Part shown: positions 42,292-53,529 of the stretch, piece after piece
Numbering within the stretch: position 1 is the first letter of the stretch
Layout: each line of letters starts with the position of its first letter
Position numbers and translations under genes: made by a program
The notes under the pieces: model-generated
What the model saw: only the letters and a program-made list of their open reading frames with translations
Databases searched by the model: none
What the model was told of the DNA's origin: nothing
Assembly: GCA_963781115.1 (NCBI GenBank)
Contig: CAWADV010000006.1
Coordinates: forward strand, 48,864-112,863
Length of the DNA: 64,000 nt
From: an uncultured Actinomycetota bacterium
Lineage (GTDB): Bacteria > Actinomycetota > Actinomycetes > Actinomycetales > Dermatophilaceae
Direction of reading: 5' to 3'

Positions 42292-43662
42292 ATGACCACG
42301 ATCAGCACCGCCAACCCGCGCACCGGCCGCGGCACCGAGCTGCTGCTGCTCGCCTTCGCCTGCGCCATCGTGCTGCTCGCCTACGTCAACCTCGGCCTGG
42401 TCACCAGCGGCGAGGTGCCGGCCAACCTGGTCGCGCACGCCGTCGGCCTCTGCGCGATGGCGCTGGTCTTCCACCTGGTCGTCCGCTGGAAGGCGCCCTA
42501 CGCCGACCCGCTGATGCTGCCCATCGCCACGCTGCTCAACGGCCTGGGCCTGGTGATGATCCTGCGGCTCGACCTGGCCGTCGGACGCGACCCGTCCAGC
42601 GGCACCGCGAGCCGCCAGCTGATCTGGACCGCGCTGGCCGTCGGCGCCGCGCTCGCCGTGCTGATCGTGGTCAAGGACCACCGGGTGCTGCGCAAGTTCA
42701 CCTTCATCTCGATGCTCGCCGGTTTCGTCCTGCTGCTGCTGCCGATGCTCCCGGTCATCGGTGAGGCGCAGAACGGCGCGCGGCTGTGGATCCGGGTCGG
42801 CGCGTTCAGCTTCCAGCCCGGCGAGCTGGCCAAGATCGCGGTCACCATCTTCTTCGCCGGTTACCTGGTCTCGACCCGGGACGCGCTCAGCCTGGTCGGC
42901 CGCAAGGTGCTCGGCCTGCAGCTGCCCCGCGGCCGCGACCTCGGCCCGTTGCTCGTCGTCTGGGCGCTGTCGGTGCTGATCCTGGTCGCGCAGCGCGACC
43001 TGGGCTCCTCACTCCTCTTCTTCGGCATCTTCATCGCGATGCTCTATGTCGCGACCGAGCGGGTGAGCTGGATCGTCATCGGTCTCGGCCTCTTCGTCGG
43101 TGGCGCGTATGTCGCGTGGCGGCTGTTCGCCCACGTCCAGTCCCGCGTCCACCTGTGGCTCGACCCGTTCGCGGCCGACCAGTCCGACCAGGTCGCCAAG
43201 GGGCTGATGGGGATGGGCCACGGCGGCCTGCTCGGCACCGGCCTCGGCGAGGGCTATCCGCACCTGACCTACTTCGCCAACAGCGACTACATCATGGCCA
43301 GCTTCGGCGAGGAGCTCGGCCTGGTCGGGCTGTTCGCGATCCTCATGCTCTATGCGCTGCTCGCCGAGCGGGGGCTGCGCACGGCGATCGGCGCCCGGGA
43401 GGGCTTCGGCAAGCTGCTCGCCGTCGGCCTGGCCTTTGCGGTGGCGCTGCAGGTCTTCGTCGTCGTCGGCGGCATCACCCGGGTCATCCCGCTCACCGGC
43501 CTGACCACGCCGTTCCTGTCGGCGGGCGGCTCCTCGCTGCTGGCCAACTGGATCATCGTCGCGCTGCTGCTGCGGATCAGCGACCATGCCCGGCGGCCGA
43601 TCAGCGAGCGGGTCACCGGGCCGGCTGTCACCACGCCGACCCGGGAGGTGGTCGCGCCGTGA
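42292..43662 (+). CDS. rodA: RodA/FtsW family SEDS protein
   Basis: SFQPGELAK, RDLG, PLTGLTTPFLSAGGSS. Confidence 0.93.
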   Translation: MTTISTANPRTGRGTELLLLAFACAIVLLAYVNLGLVTSGEVPANLVAHAVGLCAMALVFHLVVRWKAPYADPLMLPIATLLNGLGLVMILRLDLAVGRDPSSGTASRQLIWTALAVGAALAVLIVVKDHRVLRKFTFISMLAGFVLLLLPMLPVIGEAQNGARLWIRVGAFSFQPGELAKIAVTIFFAGYLVSTRDALSLVGRKVLGLQLPRGRDLGPLLVVWALSVLILVAQRDLGSSLLFFGIFIAMLYVATERVSWIVIGLGLFVGGAYVAWRLFAHVQSRVHLWLDPFAADQSDQVAKGLMGMGHGGLLGTGLGEGYPHLTYFANSDYIMASFGEELGLVGLFAILMLYALLAERGLRTAIGAREGFGKLLAVGLAFAVALQVFVVVGGITRVIPLTGLTTPFLSAGGSSLLANWIIVALLLRISDHARRPISERVTGPAVTTPTREVVAP

Positions 43663-45139
43663 ACAGCCCGATCCGCCGCCTGGCGCTCGTGGTCTTCACG
43701 ATGTTCACCGCCCTGCTGGTCGCCAGCAGCTGGATCCAGTTCGTCCAGGCCGACGACCTGCGCGAGCGCCCCGGCAACCGGCGCACCCTGCTGCAGACCT
43801 ACAGCCGCGACCGGGGCGCGATCCTGGTCTCCGGCGAGCCCGTCGCCGAGTCCGAGCCGACCGACGACGACCTGCGCTACATCCGGGTCTATCCGCAGGG
43901 GCCGCTCTACGCGCACGTGACCGGCTACTACTCCTTCACCTACGGCGCCGGGGCCGGCGTCGAGCGCTCGCGCAACAGCCTGCTCGCCGGCACCGACGAC
44001 TCCCTGTTCTACCGCCGGCTGCCGGACCTGCTGACCGGCCGGGACCCCCAGGGCGCCACGCTCGAGCTGACCCTCGACCCCGTCGTGCAGGAGGCCGCCG
44101 AGCAGGCTCTGGGCGACCGCCGCGGTGCCGTCGTCGCCCTCGACCCCCGCACCGGTGCGATCCTGGCGATGGTCAGCCACCCGACCTACGACCCCAACCT
44201 GCTGGCCGGCCATCAGCTCACCGACGTCGACGAGTCCTGGACCGAGCTGACCACCGACTCGGGCCGCCCGATGGTCAACCGGGCGGTCGCCGGCGACCTC
44301 TACCCGCCCGGGTCGGTCTTCAAGCTGGTCGTCGCGGCGACGGCCCTGGAGTCCACCCAGTTCACGCCCGAGTCGGTGCTGCCGGCGCCGCTGCGCTACA
44401 CCCTCCCGCAGACCTCGACCTCGCTGCCCAACTTCGGCGGCGCGGCCTGCGGCGCCGATGACGAGGCGACGCTGTTCCGCTCGATCCAGGTCTCCTGCAA
44501 CACCTCGATGGCCTGGCTGGCCGGCGAGCTCGGTCCCGAGGCGCTCAACGCCCAGGCCGAACGGTTCGGCTTCGGCCAGAACCTGCAGGTGCCGATGCCG
44601 GTCACCCCCAGCACCTACCCGGTCGCCGCCGACGCCCCGCAGGTCGCGCTCACCGGGATCGGGCAGTATGACGTGCGCGTCACCCCGCTGCAGGTCGCGA
44701 TGATCTCGGCGGCGATCGCCAACGACGGCGTGGTGATGACGCCCTACCTCATCGACACGGTGCGCGACAGCGACCTCGACGTCATCGAGGAGACCGCGCC
44801 GCGCGAGCTGTCCCGCGCCGTCAGCACGCAGACCGCAGAAGAGCTGAGCGCGATGATGGTGGCCGTCGTCAACGAGGGGTCGGGCACCGCGGCCGCCCTG
44901 CCGGACATCCAGGTCGCCGGCAAGACCGGCACGGCCGAGTTCGGCAGCAGCGGGGCGGCGCACGCCTGGTTCACCGGGTTCGCGCCGTCGCAGGACCCGA
45001 CGATCGCGGTGGCGGTCATCGTCGAGAGCGCCACCGACGACTGGACCGGCGAGACTGGCGGCCGGGTGGCCGCGCCGATCGCCCAGGCCGTCATCGCCGC
45101 AGGCGCCAACCGGGCTCAGTCCGACTCCGAGGGAGACCG

Positions 45140-45143
<4 letters not shown>
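43659..45143 (+). CDS. pbpA: class B penicillin-binding protein
   Basis: PGSVFK, SCN, GKTGTAE. Confidence 0.93.
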
Positions 45144-47331
<2,188 letters not shown>

Positions 47332-47357
<26 letters not shown>

Positions 47358-47500
47358 CCTGGCCGGCTGGGTGCGCGGCTGGCGCCACTCCGCCGACGCC
47401 CACCGACGCTGCAAAACCCCTCTGACCCGGCTCCACCCAGAGCCCGCCGACGCCCCAAACCCCTGTGACCCGGCCCACCCAGAGCCCACCGACGCTCCGA
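47332..47500. repeat. duplicated pknB 3' end and degenerate 42-44-bp repeats
   Basis: ccactccgccgacgcccaccg at 47332 and 47385; ccgacg...tgacccgg...cacccagagccc units at 47403 and 47447, partial at 47489. Confidence 0.7.
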
Positions 47501-47578
47501 GCCCACTATGACCCGGTTATGTCGACTCCGACCCTCCTATAACCGGTTGGTAGTCGCTATAACAGGGTCATAGTGGGC
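47501..47578 (+). repeat. palindromic element, copy 1
   Basis: 27-bp arms gcccactatgacccggttatgtcgact / agtcgctataacagggtcatagtgggc (24/27 complementary). Confidence 0.88.
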
Positions 47579-47717
47579 GAGAGTCGTAGCGACCGTGGTG
47601 GCAGCGGCGCCGCTGCCCTACCGACGCCACCATGAGCCGACGGCCCACTCTCCTCGGGCCGCCCCAGAGCCACCGCCCATCTCTCCCCGGGCCACCCACA
47701 GTCAGCCGCCGTCTCGC

Positions 47718-47793
47718 CCGACTATGACCCGGTTATGTCGACTCCGACCCTCTTATAACCGGTCGAGAGTCGCTACAACAGGGGCATAGTCGG
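47718..47793 (+). repeat. palindromic element, copy 2
   Basis: ccgactatgacccggttatgtcgactccgaccctcttataaccggtcgagagtcgctacaacaggggcatagtcgg. Confidence 0.88.
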
Positions 47794-47901
47794 AGCAAGA
47801 GCACTCCAGCGGCCGTCCACACCTCACGCCCGCGGCGGTCGTGGTCCACAGATCGAGCCGCCGGCCACCCATCGTGGAGCGGCACGACCCAGGCTGGCGC
47901 G

Positions 47902-48885
47902 ATGGACGGCGAGAGCCACACAGGCAGCGACCCCGCGGACGACGCACGGCAGCGCGAGCTGGCCACGAGGCTTGCCGCGACTGAGGGTGTCGCTTCGAGG
48001 TCAGATCTGACGAGCTGGGGCTACACGACGCAGACGATCGAGCGGCTGTTGCGCCACCGCCTGCTCCGCCGGGTGGCTCACGGCGCTTATGTCGAGGCGG
48101 CGACCTACGCCAAGGCCGGCCGACAGGAACAGCACCGGCTGCGGACTCTCGCCCTCCTGCGCTCCCGCCCCGCCCTGGCGGCCAGCCGCCTCAGCGCGGC
48201 GGTGGTGTGGAAGCTGCCGGTGGCGCCGGCCGGTCTCGGGCGCGTCCACCTCAGCCGGCCTGGTGGCAGCGCGACGCACAAGCGAGCGGGTTACACCGTG
48301 CACGGCGGGTTCGTCGTGCCCGCCACCGTGGTGGAGGTCCACGGCGTCCGCGTGGAGTGCCTCGCGGTGGCGGTCATCTGGGTGGCGATCATGCAGGGCG
48401 TGACCAGCGGTGTCGCGGTGGCGGACTGGGCACTCCACCGGGGGATGACCACCCAGGATGAGCTCGCCGACTGGCTCGAACGGATGCGCCGCGTGCCCTA
48501 TCTGGCGATGGCCCGTCGCGCCGTGCAGCTGGCCGACGGCCGCTCCGAGTCGCCTGGCGAGTCGCGGCTGCGGATGGTGCTCCTGGCCCTGGGCTACGTC
48601 GTCGAACCTCAGTGGCGGGTCCACACGAGCAACGGGGCTGTCATCGCGGTCGTCGACTTCTATCTGCCCGAGCTCGGCGTGGTCGTGGAGTTCGACGGAG
48701 CGGTGAAGTACACACGAGGGCGGGCCGAGGACGGCGCGCTCGTCGTGTTCGCCGAGAAGCAGCGGGAGGACCGTATCCGGCGGCTGGGGTATGGCGTGGT
48801 GCGAGTCGTGTGGGCCGACCTCGACCACCCCGACGGCATCCGGCACGCCATCGCTGCCGCCGCGCAGGTCGCGACCGTGCGGTGA
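47902..48885 (+). CDS. AbiEi-like N-terminal domain + DUF559/Vsr-like PD-(D/E)xK nuclease domain
   Basis: LRRVAHGAY, SRLSAAVVW, SESPGESRLR, VDFY..VVVEFDGAVKY, EKQREDRIRRLGYGVVRVVW. Confidence 0.8.
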   Translation: MDGESHTGSDPADDARQRELATRLAATEGVASRSDLTSWGYTTQTIERLLRHRLLRRVAHGAYVEAATYAKAGRQEQHRLRTLALLRSRPALAASRLSAAVVWKLPVAPAGLGRVHLSRPGGSATHKRAGYTVHGGFVVPATVVEVHGVRVECLAVAVIWVAIMQGVTSGVAVADWALHRGMTTQDELADWLERMRRVPYLAMARRAVQLADGRSESPGESRLRMVLLALGYVVEPQWRVHTSNGAVIAVVDFYLPELGVVVEFDGAVKYTRGRAEDGALVVFAEKQREDRIRRLGYGVVRVVWADLDHPDGIRHAIAAAAQVATVR

Positions 48886-48918
48886 GGAGTCGCGTGGGCG
48901 TCAGGCGCCGAAGCGGCG

Positions 48919-49718
48919 TCAGCCGGTGGTGGCGGCCTCTGCGTCTGCGTCGTCGAGGATCTCGGCGTGCTGAGGCCGCACGGTCCCCTCGAAGGCCGGG
49001 AGCTCGGCGGTCTCGAGCGCCTCCACGGCATACCCCAGCCCGAGGATGTCGGCCCACGCGCGGTAGTTGGCGACGACAGGGTCACCGACCAGCGCCAGCG
49101 ACATCCCCTCGACATCGCCCACGGCGGTGATGGTGTAGGGCGGGGAGTAGACCCGTCCCTGCAGGTAGAGCGTGTTGCCGACGCACTGCACCGAGCTGGT
49201 CGAGACGATCCGCTGGTCCTGGATCATCATCGCCTCGGCGCCACCGGTCCACATCGCGTTGACCACGGACTGCACGTCCTGCTGGTGGACGACGACGTCG
49301 TCGACGGTGTAGCCCTCGGGCAGCGTGTCCAGGGTGTAGCCGGCGTCGTCGAGGGTGACCCGCAGCGCGGGGCCGCTGACGGCGCCGAGCCCCACCATCG
49401 GCGCGAGCTGGTCGGCGCCCACCTGGGTGACGTCCTGCGGTCCCTGGTCGCTCAGCTGGTCGACCTGAGCCTGCAGCGCGGCCCGCTGGGAGGTCAGGCT
49501 CTCGACCTGGCTGTTGCGCGCCTGGATCAGCTCGGCCAGGTCACGCGGCTCGTCGCCCAGCTCTCCGGTGTCCGCCAACACCGCCGAGGTCCCGAACAGC
49601 AGCCCCGCCGCCAGGCTCATCACCGGGACGGCCGCGCGCCAGGCCCCCCGGTGCGCCGGGGACGCGGCGCCGGGCACGGGCGCCGAACGCGGGACGCCGG
49701 CGGCGTCGGTGTCGTCAT
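48919..49718 (-). CDS. DUF881 family membrane protein (start uncertain, probable frameshift)
   Basis: VVHQQDVQSVVNAMWTGGAEAM, QCVGNTL, YSPPYTITAVG; divergent from crgA. Confidence 0.85.
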
Positions 49719-49837
49719 CGGGTTCCCCTGGTCGGCCAGCGTGAGCGGTCGGTCCGCTCAGGTCCCAGGTTAGCCCCGGCCACCCTGCGCCAACCCGTAT
49801 CCTTGCCCCGACCCACACACGAACGAGGAGTGCTGCC

Positions 49838-50278
49838 GTGCCCGATGCTGAGGACCGCGCCGAGGTCGAGACCGACGACGTGAGGCAGCAGGCTGCCCAG
49901 GTGGGTCGGGACGCCGCCAAGGCCGCCCAGACGTCCACCTCGGACAAGACCGCCAAGGACCAGACCTCCAACCCAGACAAGACCGCCAAGAAGGACAAGA
50001 AGGCCAAGGACCCGCTGCGCTCCGGCTCACCGGCCACCCGGGCCGCCGCCGCCCGCGCCGCCGAGTCCAAGAAGCCGCGCAACCGCACCCCGCAGAAGGT
50101 CGGCAACCCCACCTGGTGGGTCCCGGTGATGTGCGCGCTGATGATCATCGGCGTGCTCTGGGTGGCGACGTTCTACATCTCCGGCGGCAGCCTGCCCGTG
50201 GACATCGGCTACTGGAACCTCGGCATCGGTCTCGGCCTGATCATGGTCGGCTTCGCGATGACCACCCGCTGGACCTGA
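49838..50278 (+). CDS. crgA: cell division protein CrgA
   Basis: NPTWWVPVM..LMIIG.LW...FY, WNLGIG, MTTRW. Confidence 0.9.
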   Translation: MPDAEDRAEVETDDVRQQAAQVGRDAAKAAQTSTSDKTAKDQTSNPDKTAKKDKKAKDPLRSGSPATRAAAARAAESKKPRNRTPQKVGNPTWWVPVMCALMIIGVLWVATFYISGGSLPVDIGYWNLGIGLGLIMVGFAMTTRWT

Positions 50279-50293
50279 GTTACACCCCTGTAG

Positions 50294-50325
50294 TTATCCC
50301 CAGATGGTGGATAACCTGGGGATAA
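50294..50325. promoter_or_regulatory. cluster of three DnaA-box-like nonamers
   Basis: TTATCCCCA (50294,+), TTATCCACC (50306,-), TTATCCCCA (50317,-), each 1 mismatch from TTATCCACA. Confidence 0.55.
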
Positions 50326-50329
50326 CCCC

Positions 50330-51257
50330 TCAGCCGACCAGGTCGGGCAGCCCAGCGGACTGGATTCGCGTCCAGGTGACGGCGGCCAGCACCAGCACGA
50401 TGAGCACCAGCCCGGTCCAGAACCAGGTCCGCCGCGCCTCCCGCTTGACGCGGTCCTGCGGTGAGGTCAGGGCGAGCAGACCCGCGACCGCTGCACCGGT
50501 GAGCGCCCCGCCCAGGTGCGCCTGCCAGGCGATGTTGGGCAGGGTGAAGCCGAGCACCGCGTTGATCGCGAGCATCCCCAGGATCGGACCGGTCTGCCGG
50601 CCCAGGTGCCGGTTGAGCACCAGCAGCGCGGCGAACAGCCCGAAGACCGCTCCCGACGCGCCCAGGACCGGTGTCCCCCAGTCGGAGCCACCGCCCTGGC
50701 TGAAGACCGGCACCAGCATGAGGAAGCCGACCGAGCCGCCGACCGCGCTGACCAGGTAGAGCGCCAGGAACCGCGCCCGCCCCATCATCGGCTCGAGGTA
50801 GTTGCCGGTGATCCACAGCGCATACATGTTGAACAGGATGTGCAGGTAGTTCGACGGCGAGTGCAGGAACGCCGCGGTGAGCATCCGCCACGGCTCGGAC
50901 TCGGTGAGCACCGGCGCGTAGGCCAGCGAGCGGGTCACCTCGCTGCTGCACCTGCTGCCCGATGAACGCCAGCGCGCACACCGCGATGAGGCTCATCGTG
51001 ACCAGCGGCCGGGCGGCGCCCGGGCGAGCAGCCACCGCGCCGCCATACCGCTGGCGGACCTGCGGGGTCTCCCGCGCGGCGCGCGCCACGCAGTCGACGC
51101 ACTGGATGCCGACCGGCGCGACCCGCTGGCACTCCGGGCAGGTGGGTCGCCCGCAGCGCTGGCAGGTGACGTATGCCGTGCGGTCGGGGTGGCGTGGACA
51201 GACCGGCGGGCCGGCCGGTCCAGGAGGACCGGCGTCGGGTCCCGGGGCCTGGCTCAC
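50330..51257 (-). CDS. rhomboid intramembrane serine protease with N-terminal zinc finger (frameshift ~50945)
   Basis: CPRHPDR..CQRCGRPTCPEC; HILFNM, GASG, AHLGG. Confidence 0.9.
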
Positions 51258-51264
51258 CGTGAGC

Positions 51265-51783
51265 TCACTGCTCGACGGTGACCCGCTCGATGACGACCGG
51301 GTCGACCGGCTTGTCGCCGCCCCCGGTGCGCACCGCGGCGATGGCGTCGACGACCTCGCGGCTGGGGCCGTCGGCCACCTCACCGAAGATCGTGTGCTTG
51401 CCCTGCAGCCAGGTCGTCGCGCCGACGGTGATGAAGAACTGCGAGCCGTTGGTCCCCTTGCCCATCCGCTTGCCGGCGTTGGCCATCGCCAGCATGTAGG
51501 GCTGGGTGAAGTTCTTGTCCGGGCTGATCTCGTCGTCGAAGGCATAGCCCGGCCCGCCGACGCCCTCCCCGAGCGGGCAGCCGCCCTGGATCATGAAGCC
51601 GGGGATGATCCGGTGGAAGGTCAGGCCGTCGTAGAACGGCGTGGGGCTGGTGCGGCCCGCGTCGTCGGTGTAGTCCCGCTCGCCGGTCGCGAGGCCGACG
51701 AAGCTGGCCACCGTCTTGGGCGCGTGGTCGGGGAAGAGGGTGACCTTGATGTCACCGTGGTTGGTCTGCAGCGTCACGAACAT
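51265..51783 (-). CDS. ppiA: cyclophilin-type peptidyl-prolyl isomerase
   Basis: FHRIIPGFMIQGG, LAMANAG, NGSQFFIT, HTIFGEV. Confidence 0.95.
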   Translation of the reverse strand: MFVTLQTNHGDIKVTLFPDHAPKTVASFVGLATGERDYTDDAGRTSPTPFYDGLTFHRIIPGFMIQGGCPLGEGVGGPGYAFDDEISPDKNFTQPYMLAMANAGKRMGKGTNGSQFFITVGATTWLQGKHTIFGEVADGPSREVVDAIAAVRTGGGDKPVDPVVIERVTVEQ

Positions 51784-51882
51784 GCGGTCATCCTCGCACG
51801 CAGTCCTGGGGACCTCAGGTAGAGGTTTGGGTGCGCAGGGGTGCAGGATGGAGACCAAGCCACGACCTATAGGAGGCACCAG

Positions 51883-53355
51883 GTGTTTCGCACCAAGAGC
51901 AGGACCGAACGGGTCAAGGACGCCGCGGTCGACGTCAAGGACCGCGCCGTGAGCAGCGCCACCTCGGCCGCATCGAGCGCCCGCGAGTCGGCGAGCGACT
52001 GGGCTCCGGCCGCCAAGGGGAAGGCCGCTGACGCTGCCTCTGCGGCAGCCGACCGCACGGCCGACGCACGACGCAAGGCGGCGACGAGCACCGGAGCGGT
52101 CGCCGTCGCCGTGCTCGGCGCCCTCAAGGAGGTCTTCGACAAGAAGGTCGCCCCGCGCGCCGCCCCGGTCGGGGAGCGCGCCGCCGCCGTGCGTGACCGC
52201 GCGGTGTCCGGCATCGACCATGGCATCGACGTGGCCGTGCCCAAGAGCCAGGAGGCGGTCGAGCATCTGGCCCCCAGGGTCGACCACGCCCGGGACCTCA
52301 TCGTCGACGAGGTGCTGCCCAAGATCCAGGAGCTCCTCGGCAACGTGCAGTCGACCAAGGACGACCTGCTGGCCCGCCAGCAGGGACCGGTCGCCGCGCT
52401 CACCGGCTCACCGAAGAAGCCGCGCCGCAAGGGTGGCGGACTCCTGGTCCTGGGCGCGCTGGCCGCGGCCGGCGCGGGGGTCGCCTGGTTCCTCAACAAG
52501 CAGCAGAACAAGCCCGGTGACGACCCGTGGGCCAGCCGCCCGATCGGCGGCAGCCCGGGTGTCGACACCCAGGTCCGCGAGAGCCTGGCCGGTGTCGGCG
52601 GCGCGACGGCGGCCGAGGCCGCAGCCGATGCCGACTCGGTCAGCGCGGGCACCAGCAACACTCCGACCTACCACGCGCTGGCCGGTGCCGGCGCGGGTGG
52701 CGCCGCTGCGGCCACCGTCGCGACGGCAGATGACCCGTCAACTGAGGAGACGAGCATGAGCGACCAGACCACCAACGACGGTTGGGCTGACCGGGCCGAC
52801 GAGACCACGGCTGACGGCACCGCGACCGACAGCACCTGGGAGGGCGACGCGGGCACTGCCGCCGGCGACACGTGGCAGGCCGACGAGGCGGCGGGCACCG
52901 CTCCGACGACCAACGAGGAGACCTGGGACGGCACCGACACCAGCACCGCTGACGACTCCTGGTCGGGCACCAGCGAGACCGCTGACAGCCTGGCTGCTTC
53001 GCCGGCTGCCGACTACAGCGACGGCACGGACACCACGACCGGTGACCTCGGCGACACCACCTCTGCTGACGCAGGGACGGGCGAGGGCGCCGACGGTGGT
53101 CCCGCCTTCCACATCCTGGAGAGCGAGGAGATCGACAACCTCGCCGTGACGACCCCGGAGTCTGCTCCGATCGACGAGAACGTCGTGCCGGCCGGAGCCG
53201 AGGCGGCAGCTGAGCGCGGCGACGGTGGGCTCGGCGGCGACGCTGTCGACTCCACCGACGAGTCCGAGGACGTCGCGGACGCACGGACCGACGAGGGCTG
53301 GGCCGACCGCGCCGAGGACAAGGTCGACCAGTCCTGGGACCGCGACGGGAAGTAG
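51883..53355 (+). CDS. membrane-anchored hypothetical protein with long acidic tail (CwsA-like position)
   Basis: AGGAGG RBS before GTG 51883; helical N-part, KKPRRK-TM, D/T/E-rich tail; divergent from ppiA. Confidence 0.65.
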   Translation: MFRTKSRTERVKDAAVDVKDRAVSSATSAASSARESASDWAPAAKGKAADAASAAADRTADARRKAATSTGAVAVAVLGALKEVFDKKVAPRAAPVGERAAAVRDRAVSGIDHGIDVAVPKSQEAVEHLAPRVDHARDLIVDEVLPKIQELLGNVQSTKDDLLARQQGPVAALTGSPKKPRRKGGGLLVLGALAAAGAGVAWFLNKQQNKPGDDPWASRPIGGSPGVDTQVRESLAGVGGATAAEAAADADSVSAGTSNTPTYHALAGAGAGGAAAATVATADDPSTEETSMSDQTTNDGWADRADETTADGTATDSTWEGDAGTAAGDTWQADEAAGTAPTTNEETWDGTDTSTADDSWSGTSETADSLAASPAADYSDGTDTTTGDLGDTTSADAGTGEGADGGPAFHILESEEIDNLAVTTPESAPIDENVVPAGAEAAAERGDGGLGGDAVDSTDESEDVADARTDEGWADRAEDKVDQSWDRDGK

Positions 53356-53383
53356 GCAGTAGCCCACGCACGACGCAGTTCCA

Positions 53384-53418
53384 CGCGACGCCCGGTGCCT
53401 GGTGCACCGGGCGTCGCG
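53384..53418 (+). terminator. hairpin terminator
   Basis: cgcgacgcccggtgc-ctggt-gcaccgggcgtcgcg. Confidence 0.6.
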
Positions 53419-53529
53419 CGTCGTCCCGGTATGGCGTGCGCTCCCCGCGTGCCTCCCCGCTGGTCAGGCCCCTGCGTCCTACGCTCGCAGTGATCTGTCC
53501 CACAGGCCGCCTGCGGGCGAGGAGGCGCG

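Noticed and set aside
40837-43662. Apparent 941-aa PstP-RodA fusion
   Set aside because: The junction is out-of-frame Arg/Pro-rich sequence. The natural Thr/Pro tail ending VDCLP* (42272) lies in another frame, and rodA has its own ATG at 42292.
47501-47793. CRISPR mini-array or IS terminal inverted repeats
   Set aside because: The units are ~75 bp, only two, ~140 bp apart and both on the same side of the gene. There is no DDE or HUH transposase motif.
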